A stretch of 64,000 nt of DNA from assembly GCA_964447765.1 (NCBI GenBank), contig CAYUTO010000002.1:38955-102954 (forward strand), read 5' to 3'. Below are positions 10,101-18,926 of this stretch, in pieces. The DNA comes from an uncultured Gammaproteobacteria bacterium. Lineage in GTDB: Bacteria > Patescibacteriota > Patescibacteriia > Magasanikbacterales > UBA922. A program made the position numbers and the translations under genes. The notes under the pieces are model-generated. The model worked only from the letters and a program-made list of their open reading frames with translations. It made no database searches and had not been told where the DNA came from. How positions within the stretch are numbered: the stretch's first letter is position 1; every line of letters starts with the position of its first letter.

Positions 10101-13100
10101 ATTGGTTCGTGTATCTATCAATCAATTAAAGCAGAAGCAACGAGTTGTCCTGCTGTCGCAAATGGATGTCGATCATATATTGGAAACACCGGTAATAATT
10201 TACAAATCATTACTACCTTTGGATTTGAGCCATCAGGAACCGGAGCAGCTGCACTTGATACAGCGAATGACGGATGGAGTGAGAATACGGTGGTCCAGGC
10301 AGAAGCACTACAGGTAGGGTTGCATTCTCTCAGGGTAAATGGACAAAGTACCAATTATACGTTTGAATCAGGGACATTACAGACAGGTGCGTGGTATGAG
10401 ATCCGTTTCTCTGCACGTGGTAATGCAGCATTTGGATTATCAATTGGATTTAGTCAGGGCGGGCAAAATATCGGGAATGCCTTTACTTACGACCCGTCGC
10501 TTAATCAGAATGCACCAGCTTCTATTGGTTCACAATGGCAGGAATATCGTGTAGGCCCCGTACAATTCACTGGTAATAGTAATGATCCTGTACAATTATA
10601 CTTTGAGGGATCTGGTGGTTCTCAGTTTTATTTCCTTGATACTATTGAATTTGCAAAAATTGGTGATTCAACAGATGATCATATTTTCCGTATAAAAAAT
10701 TCATGGAGAACTTCTGAAGGATACGAAGTTCCTCTTGCATGTGATTCGCAGCCTAATAATGGGCTTCCTGGTGAATATCTAGGATGTCGTGAGTATACAA
10801 ATAATGGAGTATCGTTCCCATTGACTGGCTTTGATCGACTCTGTCGTGATGAGGCAGTAGGTTGTCGTGCGCTTGTTGACACACAGAATACCGTTGAGGG
10901 AGTTCGTCCAGCAGAAAAACAGGCGTATGGAGTGGTGTGTCGAAAAGCTATTGGAGTAACATCGCCGACTCCATGTTCGGTTACACTGACTGAATCATCT
11001 ACCGTGTCTGCAACATATGGCTGTACCGTATCTCGTGGAGAACGCGAATGTCGGTTACCAAACCCTGTAGTAATTCCTGCACAAGCAGACGATGCGCCAG
11101 TGGTATTCGCGAATCTTCAGCAGGTCGCAGGCACTTGTATTTCGCTCAATGGATCATGTGCAATCAATAATAATGATAAATTAGTTATTGATGAATCTAC
11201 GGTTGTGGTGAAAGAAGATTCTGGTTTGATTTACCTTGCGGCACAAGATCAATTTGTATGTCAGGAAGACAACCTCGCATGTACCCGTGTAGGATTGGAA
11301 ACAAAAAATGTGAATGCAAATACGACGAGTGCATACAGTTATCAAGATGCATTTATCAAAAATGACCCACGTATTTATGCGGATATTTTGTGCTCGGGTG
11401 ACGAAGTAGGTTGTGCAGCATTCAAGAATGATAATTCTCTGGTGTATTTCAAGGATCCAGAAGTAAGTGGAGATACACAGTGTGTATATAAAGATAAGGT
11501 TACCCTGGGTGAAGGATTGGCAGCCCGAACGTACAGTGGATGGTTCAAAGATACAGGGAAATGCGCCGTGAGTAATCAGGAATGCCGGGCTGATGCGGAT
11601 TGTGGAGGGAATGATCGATGTATTGATATTGGTGTAGTACCATGTTACGAAAACTATCTGGATTCAGGTAATGAATACAGTATCTGGTCACAGGGAAGCC
11701 TGCAGTACGAAGGTAATGTGGGTATGTGCGATACTAATAACAATGGCTGTACCGAGCTTATTGATCGTGCGGCAATCACCTCTTCGACACCAAATGGAAA
11801 ATCCTACTATGCACTAATGAATGATCGACTCAAAGAAAATATTGCTCAGTGTGAAGGTAGAGTAAGTCAGAAAGAAGGATGTGTGTTATTCGATGTGACT
11901 GAGAATCCAGATAAAATCTTTGATACTTCAGCATCATATGATGCAAGTCGAGCAGCAACGCCGATTGATAGCCTGGTAAATCCAGTCCGCTCACAAAATA
12001 CAAATGATGCTAATTTTATTCTTAAGGTTGAGAGAGACCGTCAGTGTAGCGAGTGGCTTGCGTGTGGAAGCTCTATTACCGTGACTGATGAAAATGGTAA
12101 TGAACAAGTCTTATGTCAGCAATATATCGCATGTAGTAAATTCAATTCGACTGGAGAGTGTATTCAGCCAGTGAATACCTCGCAGGATAACTCGCAGATG
12201 ACTGAGGAAAAATATATTGCTCGAAGTACTGGCTGGACTGCACCAGAATATTCAGGGTACTCATTCTTTGGTCTGTATAATGCAAGTAATTTTGTTTACT
12301 TATTATTTGAAGGAAAAACAGAGGCATACATGGGGTATGAAATGAGTCATTCGTTTTTCCGTAACGAAGATGTGGGTGCAGGATGTCGTGCTACAGCTAA
12401 CATAGGAGGTGATACTAATTATGTAAAAGCTGATGGAGCCGTGTGTGGATTTGATGCGGGTGGACGATGTTATCGTCAGAGATGTATTTATCCAATCGAA
12501 GGAACGTTTGATTTTACTCCAGCTCCTGGAAATGATGTGGCTACGTCACAGGCAAATGTAGAAAAAATGTTGGTAGAGATGCAGCCAGGAATTTGTAAAT
12601 CATACCCAGAATCAACCAGTCCATTCTCTGTTGAGGTTGCAGTGAAAAATACTAATGAAGAAGTGGATATAAAAAGGAATGATGAATTTACCCGATATGA
12701 TTTTACTGAGAAAAAAGAATTATATGAGCGTGCAAATGTATGTCAGCCTGGTAGTGATTCCACTGATTGTTCGTGTGAATATTTGAAGGTTGAATACAAA
12801 AACGGAACCGTGGATTATTGGGCAACAAAAGATACTGAATTAGTAGCTCCTGGAATTTGTGTGGGGGGAGATAATGATGGAAACCCATGTGCTGCTGCAA
12901 GTGAATGTGGAGTTGGGGGAATGTGCAGTACGGTGAAGCAGAAAGGAACGTTTATCGGACAGCGTGGACTCTGTATCGAATATGATCTTAGTCGACCATT
13001 GGGAACTTCAAAATCTACTGCTCGATTGCACGAATCATTTGCCTGCCTCACCTGGCTTCCAATTCAGGTTTCAGCTTCATCAATTGATTTGAATAATCTC

Positions 13101-16100
13101 AATCCAGCCGCTGGGTACTATCCAGTGTCAAATTACGATTCTCCTCTTGGTGGGGGGCATGCATATTGTACGGAGAGCACGAATCGTGGTGCGGGATATT
13201 ATTTTACTGGTCTTGATGTTGAGGCAAACATAGGACCTTTCGGTACTCCTGGTTTGACTGGCGGTGAGAACATACGATTATGGGGTACGAATGTAGATGA
13301 CTTTACGTATTATGAGGATGTACCAGGTGTTCCAGGTGTCTTTAGTTCGAGTGAAACTATTAATTATGACACAATTGGTACGGTGGGAGGAAAATATAGA
13401 AGTCTGATGGAGTCTGCATCAGAAACAGCGGCACATAGATTGAAGATATATCGCGCAATACAGACGTGGGCGTGGAAACATATTGGAAATTCTGCTCGTA
13501 TTCTTCGGGTGGATGTGGCTGGAGGAGATACACCAAGGTATTATTATCCGAATAATGGTAAAATAAGTGATATAGATAGTAATATTGATATGCTTGGGTT
13601 TGCCCCAGATATTAATAACTCTGATATTACTCATGAAGATACGGGTACGGTAATGCACCCTCCAAGGTTGTTCAGTGCTGCTGGGATTGGGTTGGGCGAA
13701 TACTTAATGAACCCGGGAGATGGTGATTTTGGAATCATCGGAAGTGCTGCATTTTCTCCCGAGGTAAACAATAGTGCGGTACTCGATAAATATGTTGCGA
13801 TCGATAGAGAAGTTGAGAAAAAATTGAATGAAGAAGATATTCAGAGCATGCATTTTGTCCCTATAGCATATCCAGGCGGAGCAGAGGGTGATAATCCTGC
13901 AATGTTGACCAAAGAGTTGGCTATCGATTTCGCTAGTCTACGTTCTCTGCCCCGTGGACAGAATCGGGCATATCAAACTACTGTGCCCGCATACCGTGAT
14001 AATGATAATAATGAAGATCAGATTCGGTATAATACCTACGATGCAGATGAACAAATGGTACAGGTGGCATATCTGCTTGAACGAGGTACCAATGGGGTGA
14101 CTGGAGATGGGCTATTGTCGTACGGCGAGTATAAAGATGCGTCAGGTAGTTATTGGAGTGACTATCTTGGTAAGACAGATAAACATGAACGAACAAAAAT
14201 CCATCGTCGGTATGTATCATTGGTATTTAGTAAAAATGAGACAACATTCACAAGCTTGAATGTGAGTCCAACGCAGATTCCTTCAGGCATGTCTGACCCA
14301 TTTGCTACTAATGGTTGTGAAACTCCATCAAACAATATCTCAAAGAATTGGTTTGCAATTGGTATGGATTTCAATAAAGATGGTGAGTTCCTGGGGTACA
14401 TTTCTCGATGGTGTATGAATACACGAAATGAGGGAGACGAAGCAAATGGTATACGTTTTGCGACGATTGCACATATGCAAGATAGATGTCTCGAGTACAA
14501 TGCTGTTGTTGATAATCAGGTTGCTCTCAGTGGAGATAATAATAAAGCATGGACTGACCGTGTGTGGATTAATAGTACCTATCAGTCCGGATCAAGTTTA
14601 CTTGCAATTCTTAAAGCAGGGGCAACTGGGTTGGCACCATATGGATCACTCCCACAAAGTGTGGCGAGCGCTGAAATTCTCCGAGCAAATCCTACAAAAC
14701 CTGTTCCATCCTACGGTTTCCCGGATTATAATTTTGGTGTGCAATATCAGTGTAGTGGTGGTGATGGTTTTTCGAATGACCCGCGTTCTCTATTTGGTTC
14801 AAAAAATTGTGCACGTCCTATTGGAGAGTCAGAAAGTATTACCAACATCACTTTCGAGATTAGTAGGGATCCAAAAGAAGGGCGAGACAAACTTCGTGAG
14901 TTGTTCATGAAATATTATGAAATGAAGAATTTTGAAGCCATTGGTATTGCTCCAAAAGATATTAATACTTTTAACCCTGAAGTTATTGCAGATTTAGGCG
15001 GTGATGTAGGTGCAATTGGTAATGCAACAAGACCTCCGCAGATCTTCTCGATCAATCCATATACCTGTAGTCAAAGAGGAGGAAATTGTACTGCAGCAGA
15101 AGTAGATGCGTTTACTATAAATTTCAGAAACTTCACCTCTACTGATTATAATAATGATGGTAGTCCTGATGAAGATTCAAATCTGCAGGATGGAATCGAT
15201 CCGATTGTTGCCGAGGGAACGTATTATGCAATTGCAAACTTCTTTGCCTATGCCGATGACAATCGAATGCCTATCAAGAGTGTGAAAGTAGAGTGGGGTG
15301 ATAATTCATTCCAAAATGATAGTCCAGATGGATTGTATAAGAATCGAAAACCATACTGTGGTGCAACTGATAATTTTACGTATAACTATAATGCTAATAC
15401 AAATAGTGGACTAGGGCGCTGTGTAGGTACGCAGATTACCTGTAATAGCAGTGAAGATTGTCGGTATGCAGGAGTGAATGGCGCTGCAGTAGCGTGCGAG
15501 AGTCCAGGCATTCCAACTCCATCTCGTGTAGGTGTGTGTAGGTATACCCCAACAGGCCCTGCAACCGTTCCTGGTGTAGCATGCCAATCGGTCGATGAAT
15601 GTCAGCCGTATGATCCTGCCAACTATGTGACAGAGTGTGTACTACCAAATCAGGGTAGTGATCATAGTGGGGGGCAGTGTCTTTCGACTAGACGTCAAAA
15701 TACAGTATTTACCAATAATGTAGACTGTCAGCAGAGCAGTGTGTGTCCGCTTATAAGTGGTGCTGTTGCTGCATGTGATCTTCCCCCGCTTGCTACTCCT
15801 CCTGCAGGACAACGACATTTCGGAGACGCACCACGCGCATGTAGGAGTCAATACTTCGAATACGCACATACTTATCAGTGTACGAGTGCTGATACAAATG
15901 CGAAGGTCGGAGAGTTACAAAATTCTACAGACGATGGAGATCAAGAGGCGTACAGAAGATTGATCGGTCGGGCAGGAGTGACTCCTGAAACAGATATTTG
16001 TGTATTCATACCAAAGGTCCAGGTAATCGATAACTGGGGATGGTGTAATGCTTCACAAATAGCTGCATTAGAAGAAAATGGGGACTTTACACTTTGTCCA

Positions 16101-16214
16101 AATGATAATACAGGCAAAGGGTGTTACGAAGGTAATAATCAATTATGTAGCAGGTCGGTTAACGCTTATACTCAATATAAAGGTAAGATTATTCTACTAC
16201 CAATAAGTGAATAA
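7155..16214 (+). CDS. Giant (3019 aa) N-terminally membrane-anchored, cysteine-rich surface protein with an internal CBM/lectin-like beta-sandwich domain
   Basis: Single uninterrupted ORF. TM near the N-terminus (IAIIAVVVVVNVLGF). More than 12 copies of a G-C-x-x-[YFL] motif (GCRAYSL, GCEVYAP, GCDEFTN, GCRSYIG, GCREYTN, GCRALVD, GCAAFKN, GCTELID...). The region ...FEPSGTG...AWYEIRFSARGNAAFG...QWQEYRVG...FYFLDTIEF resembles CBM4_9 / galactose-binding-like domains. Confidence 0.7.
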   Translation: MFFLSKRTKKHSVIAIIAVVVVVNVLGFNLLRPTPVRAFVDVNQGLRNVTDNIGDSLLAAGLGALVNGASYFMRKIAYDTAKYIASGGKGQGALAFQDGFGSYLGNVAADSAFDAIDELGKPFGLNICQPPDIRLQIGLQVSISNIFAQDGPQPSCTYNQFKEKWDNARDSLVGDQNLLENFNVSLKTSQGSLGTALSILGKVDSIVAKSELGAQLERLEGGGFKSITGLISGEIKTPAQITREEATGQLTATAQTKSSAEQIAGLYGADALSIFPMALSVFANTLASTLLQNVLEKGLLPTKGDPSSVADFYASTVNRNRQIAETAFSYLIAGIPQRPLTAYDVVTEYSTCGSNPGLNNCVMDSGLAQALDRARLGTPLTIGEAMSSQNNLLHDDWLLIADHLEGIDPSVSKTNLTNTNLEYCHSSAYCISNVEKLRKARILPLGFEIAVMKSPPDNPWKLGDVVRGFNTCDPSGKPSDAYPYCKLIDPNWILKAPEARCEARVSGPELLTESTPTRREECVDFSTCLETDENGQCKGFGYCTKEENIWNMPGQACAPQFNTCKTYVSASDGKIASYLSRTLDVESCSADSIGCRAYSLDKDGDAWVTSAEADPATAFSGRTQAIHFTNIAQCPSSSEGCSLFMDPTISDASSDEARVFLKKAPDYLQCYDSDLTTSDVVEWPQTQAEIVKLDTQKAAACSAFAGACTGEEVGCEVYAPKNGGASVTGIIGGNSCPTQCVGYETFKQEATTFESEKFPLHFIASNARTCTSLQVGCDEFTNIGVASEGGEALEYYTALKRCERPSGDNSGVFYSWEGSESQGYQLRRNILLPITSSDRDYISSHGLNYKSGDSLESVFPVGSPAYVEDLKSAMQSNYDQCNQESYNLLLNNVLNDSRVADNDCRALYNSNGQIFYRVFRNTVTVSNSCTPLRKTNSELMVDENITAGNGGQTLCEAKGGVWGAGECKRCAAGGTYEVNTEGIGSCIYQSIKAEATSCPAVANGCRSYIGNTGNNLQIITTFGFEPSGTGAAALDTANDGWSENTVVQAEALQVGLHSLRVNGQSTNYTFESGTLQTGAWYEIRFSARGNAAFGLSIGFSQGGQNIGNAFTYDPSLNQNAPASIGSQWQEYRVGPVQFTGNSNDPVQLYFEGSGGSQFYFLDTIEFAKIGDSTDDHIFRIKNSWRTSEGYEVPLACDSQPNNGLPGEYLGCREYTNNGVSFPLTGFDRLCRDEAVGCRALVDTQNTVEGVRPAEKQAYGVVCRKAIGVTSPTPCSVTLTESSTVSATYGCTVSRGERECRLPNPVVIPAQADDAPVVFANLQQVAGTCISLNGSCAINNNDKLVIDESTVVVKEDSGLIYLAAQDQFVCQEDNLACTRVGLETKNVNANTTSAYSYQDAFIKNDPRIYADILCSGDEVGCAAFKNDNSLVYFKDPEVSGDTQCVYKDKVTLGEGLAARTYSGWFKDTGKCAVSNQECRADADCGGNDRCIDIGVVPCYENYLDSGNEYSIWSQGSLQYEGNVGMCDTNNNGCTELIDRAAITSSTPNGKSYYALMNDRLKENIAQCEGRVSQKEGCVLFDVTENPDKIFDTSASYDASRAATPIDSLVNPVRSQNTNDANFILKVERDRQCSEWLACGSSITVTDENGNEQVLCQQYIACSKFNSTGECIQPVNTSQDNSQMTEEKYIARSTGWTAPEYSGYSFFGLYNASNFVYLLFEGKTEAYMGYEMSHSFFRNEDVGAGCRATANIGGDTNYVKADGAVCGFDAGGRCYRQRCIYPIEGTFDFTPAPGNDVATSQANVEKMLVEMQPGICKSYPESTSPFSVEVAVKNTNEEVDIKRNDEFTRYDFTEKKELYERANVCQPGSDSTDCSCEYLKVEYKNGTVDYWATKDTELVAPGICVGGDNDGNPCAAASECGVGGMCSTVKQKGTFIGQRGLCIEYDLSRPLGTSKSTARLHESFACLTWLPIQVSASSIDLNNLNPAAGYYPVSNYDSPLGGGHAYCTESTNRGAGYYFTGLDVEANIGPFGTPGLTGGENIRLWGTNVDDFTYYEDVPGVPGVFSSSETINYDTIGTVGGKYRSLMESASETAAHRLKIYRAIQTWAWKHIGNSARILRVDVAGGDTPRYYYPNNGKISDIDSNIDMLGFAPDINNSDITHEDTGTVMHPPRLFSAAGIGLGEYLMNPGDGDFGIIGSAAFSPEVNNSAVLDKYVAIDREVEKKLNEEDIQSMHFVPIAYPGGAEGDNPAMLTKELAIDFASLRSLPRGQNRAYQTTVPAYRDNDNNEDQIRYNTYDADEQMVQVAYLLERGTNGVTGDGLLSYGEYKDASGSYWSDYLGKTDKHERTKIHRRYVSLVFSKNETTFTSLNVSPTQIPSGMSDPFATNGCETPSNNISKNWFAIGMDFNKDGEFLGYISRWCMNTRNEGDEANGIRFATIAHMQDRCLEYNAVVDNQVALSGDNNKAWTDRVWINSTYQSGSSLLAILKAGATGLAPYGSLPQSVASAEILRANPTKPVPSYGFPDYNFGVQYQCSGGDGFSNDPRSLFGSKNCARPIGESESITNITFEISRDPKEGRDKLRELFMKYYEMKNFEAIGIAPKDINTFNPEVIADLGGDVGAIGNATRPPQIFSINPYTCSQRGGNCTAAEVDAFTINFRNFTSTDYNNDGSPDEDSNLQDGIDPIVAEGTYYAIANFFAYADDNRMPIKSVKVEWGDNSFQNDSPDGLYKNRKPYCGATDNFTYNYNANTNSGLGRCVGTQITCNSSEDCRYAGVNGAAVACESPGIPTPSRVGVCRYTPTGPATVPGVACQSVDECQPYDPANYVTECVLPNQGSDHSGGQCLSTRRQNTVFTNNVDCQQSSVCPLISGAVAACDLPPLATPPAGQRHFGDAPRACRSQYFEYAHTYQCTSADTNAKVGELQNSTDDGDQEAYRRLIGRAGVTPETDICVFIPKVQVIDNWGWCNASQIAALEENGDFTLCPNDNTGKGCYEGNNQLCSRSVNAYTQYKGKIILLPISE

Positions 16215-16231
16215 TTAGTTCACAATAAAAT

Positions 16232-16268
16232 AAAGCACTCTCTAAAATTTTAGAGAGTGCTTTATTAA
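16232..16268 (+). terminator. Rho-independent terminator downstream of the giant ORF
   Basis: aaagcactctctaaaa-ttttagagagtgcttt is a perfect 14-bp stem, followed by a T-rich tail. Confidence 0.7.
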
Positions 16269-16309
16269 TATAAAAAAATACTCAAGTAGAGTATATGATT
16301 GGGTCAGGG

Positions 16310-16341
16310 CTGGAGACTCGGGTGTGAAACCGAGTCTCCAG
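16310..16341 (-). terminator. Stable hairpin downstream of the lipoprotein gene (12-bp stem, no U-tract)
   Basis: ctggagactcgg-gtgtgaaa-ccgagtctccag. Confidence 0.4.
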
Positions 16342-16370
16342 TTCAGAAGTGTGCTGTCGACGAGCATCTG

Positions 16371-16889
16371 TCACCGGTAGAACGTGGTGAGCAGCGAAGA
16401 GCCTGGCAGGTCAGCTCGGACATCCTTTCGAATGAGGGCCTCTCCTTCGATGAAGAGATAGCTTGTATATTCGTGGATGCCTGAAGCCCATTGACTCGAC
16501 AGCGGTAGCGTCTTGCCGAAGAAGCGTTGTGTGCCGCAGCCGTCGCAGGCGAAGATGAGTTCGCACTGGTCGCCAGCAGCAGAGACCTGGACCGTGATCT
16601 CGAGTCGATCACCGTCGATCAGGTTGTTGTCGCTCTCGCACCACCAGATTCCCCGTAGGTCGAAGAGATCTTCGCAGAGGTCCTCGGCAGTGAGTGGTGG
16701 TGTGAACGTGTCATTTGTGGCGGTATCTGGGACCGCCGTGTAGGTGTCGGGCTGGTGGGGATCATCTCCCTTACCAGTGTCCGACGTATCGGTGGTAGTG
16801 ATTGGACCAGGTTCGACACCTGGATCCGAAGAGTCGCAAGCCGCCATCGCGAGGGCGGCAGCGATGACGGCAATCATCCTGCAGAGCAT
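16371..16889 (-). CDS. Lipoprotein (GC-rich island A); signal peptide with lipobox ALAMAAC
   Basis: MLCRMIAVIAAALAMAACDSS..., T/D/P-rich linker, 4 Cys. GAGGAG SD sits 8 nt upstream of the ATG. Local GC is far above the flanks. Confidence 0.6.
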   Translation of the reverse strand: MLCRMIAVIAAALAMAACDSSDPGVEPGPITTTDTSDTGKGDDPHQPDTYTAVPDTATNDTFTPPLTAEDLCEDLFDLRGIWWCESDNNLIDGDRLEITVQVSAAGDQCELIFACDGCGTQRFFGKTLPLSSQWASGIHEYTSYLFIEGEALIRKDVRADLPGSSLLTTFYR

Positions 16890-17158
16890 ATGCTCATCTC
16901 CTCAACAGTGGAAGCTTTCACTTAGCCGGAACCTACCGACAGAGTAATCACTCCAACATATCAAACCAATAAGATCGAGCTTATAAGGGCCTAATATGTT
17001 GGAGCGACGATACGATTTACGAAGGTACATTCTATGGCGATTAGACCATTTTTTTTGGGTTTTGTCAAGTTTTTATGGAATTCCTCCATAGGGCTTGAAA
17101 AAGAGTAGTATAATTGGTACACTCAACCTATCTTTTCTATAGATAAAATACATACAAT

Positions 17159-18925
17159 ATGTACCGAACGCATACATGTGGAGAGCTCTCAAAAGAAGCT
17201 GTGGGATCAGTAGTAACGCTCGCTGGATGGGTGAATAAACGACGTAAATTTGGAAATTTGGTATTTGTGGATTTGCGTGATCGATATGGTATTACCCAGG
17301 TAGTTTTTAACCCTGAAAAAACAAAAGAATTTGAGCTTGCTGAAAAATTGAAGTATGAGTATGTAATCTCAGTCACCGGGACTGTGGTTGCGCGTGATGA
17401 GAAGAACATTAACACGGAAATTCCGACCGGAACGATTGAACTCTTAGCAAGTGAAATCAAAATTCTCAGCGAAGCAGAGACCTTACCATTTGAAATTTTT
17501 GATTCAGGAAAAGGTGAAGAAGATGAAGAGCTTCGTTTGAAATATCGCTTTCTCGAACTTCGTCGTGAACGCCTCAAAGAAAATATTTTGTTTCGTGCAC
17601 GCATGATTGGGCACATCAGAAATTTCATGGAGTCACGAAATTTTGTAGATATTGCAACTCCGATTTTAACCGTGAGTTCTCCTGAAGGTGCTCGTGATTT
17701 TCTTGTTCCGTCACGTCTACACAAAGGAAAATTCTACGCACTTCCACAAGCTCCACAGCAATACAAACAACTTCTCATGGTTGCAGGATTCGATCGTTAT
17801 TACCAGGTAGCCCCTTGTATGCGTGATGAAGATCCTCGTGCAGATCGCTCACCCGGAGAATTTTATCAGCTGGATTGTGAAACGAGTTTCATGACGCAGG
17901 ATGAATTTTTTGCGCTCATGGAACCACTCTTTGTCGAGCTCACCGAAAAAGTCGCAGGAAAAAAAGTAAAATCAAAACCTTTTCCCCGAATTCCATTTCG
18001 AGAAGTAATGGAAACATACGGCAGTGATCGCCCTGATTTGCGGTATGATTTAAAAATGGTAGAAGTAACTGAATGGGCAAAGAAAAGCTCATTTGAAGTA
18101 TTTACCAAAGCCGATCATGTGCGGTTGCTCGTAATTCCAGGTGGAGACAAATTCACTCGAGCAGAAATCGACAATGAGTATACTGATGCGGCAAAGCGTG
18201 CACATGGCAAAGGGCTAGCGTGGATGAAATATGATGGTAGTGCATTCGATGGTGGTATCACCAAATTCTTTACAGAAGTTCAATTACAAGAATTAGTGCA
18301 GACTCAAAAACTAGAGGCTGGAAGTATTCTATTCTTTGCAGCAGACACATGGGAAGTGTCTTGCAAGGCACTTGGTGCAGTGAGAGATCTTGCGGGAAAA
18401 AAATTACAGCTCGCAGACGATAGTGAAATTGCATGGGCGTGGGTAGTTGATTTCCCATTTTACGAATGGAATGAGGATCAGAAAAAAATTGATTTTGCTC
18501 ACAATCCATTTTCCATGCCACAGGGTGGAATGGATGCACTTCTCAATCAAGATCCGCTTACGATCAAGGCATTTCAATACGATATTATTGCAAATGGTCT
18601 CGAGCTTTCAAGTGGGGCTGTACGAAATAAAGACGCAAGTCTCATGTATAAAGCATTTGAGATCGCAGGGTATGGACCAGAAGTCGTAGATAAGAAATTC
18701 GGCCACATGATTAAGGCCTTTAGCTATGGAGCTCCGCCTCACTGCGGATTTGCGCCAGGAATTGAGCGCCTCGTTATGCTTCTTCGAGGTGAAGATAATA
18801 TCAGGGCCGTTGTTCCATTCCCAAAGAACCAAAAAGCCGAAGAACCAATGGTTGGAAGTCCTGCAGAAGTAGAGGACGTGCAATTGAAAGAATTGGGAAT
18901 AAAAGTTGATATTACAAAAAAATAA
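17159..18925 (+). CDS. aspS: Aspartate--tRNA ligase
   Basis: MYRTHTCGELSKEAVGSVVTLAGWVNKRRKFGNLVFVDLRDRYG is an OB-fold anticodon-binding N-terminus. Class II motifs present (FRNE-like, GGAPPHCGFAPGIER). 588 aa. Confidence 0.9.
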   Translation: MYRTHTCGELSKEAVGSVVTLAGWVNKRRKFGNLVFVDLRDRYGITQVVFNPEKTKEFELAEKLKYEYVISVTGTVVARDEKNINTEIPTGTIELLASEIKILSEAETLPFEIFDSGKGEEDEELRLKYRFLELRRERLKENILFRARMIGHIRNFMESRNFVDIATPILTVSSPEGARDFLVPSRLHKGKFYALPQAPQQYKQLLMVAGFDRYYQVAPCMRDEDPRADRSPGEFYQLDCETSFMTQDEFFALMEPLFVELTEKVAGKKVKSKPFPRIPFREVMETYGSDRPDLRYDLKMVEVTEWAKKSSFEVFTKADHVRLLVIPGGDKFTRAEIDNEYTDAAKRAHGKGLAWMKYDGSAFDGGITKFFTEVQLQELVQTQKLEAGSILFFAADTWEVSCKALGAVRDLAGKKLQLADDSEIAWAWVVDFPFYEWNEDQKKIDFAHNPFSMPQGGMDALLNQDPLTIKAFQYDIIANGLELSSGAVRNKDASLMYKAFEIAGYGPEVVDKKFGHMIKAFSYGAPPHCGFAPGIERLVMLLRGEDNIRAVVPFPKNQKAEEPMVGSPAEVEDVQLKELGIKVDITKK

Positions 18926-18926
18926 G

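Noticed and set aside
16232-16263. CIRCE-like half-sites AGCACTC ... GAGTGCT
   Set aside because: Spacer is 14 nt rather than the 9 nt of the HrcA CIRCE element. It lies downstream of a gene stop and not upstream of a chaperone gene. Better explained as a plain terminator.
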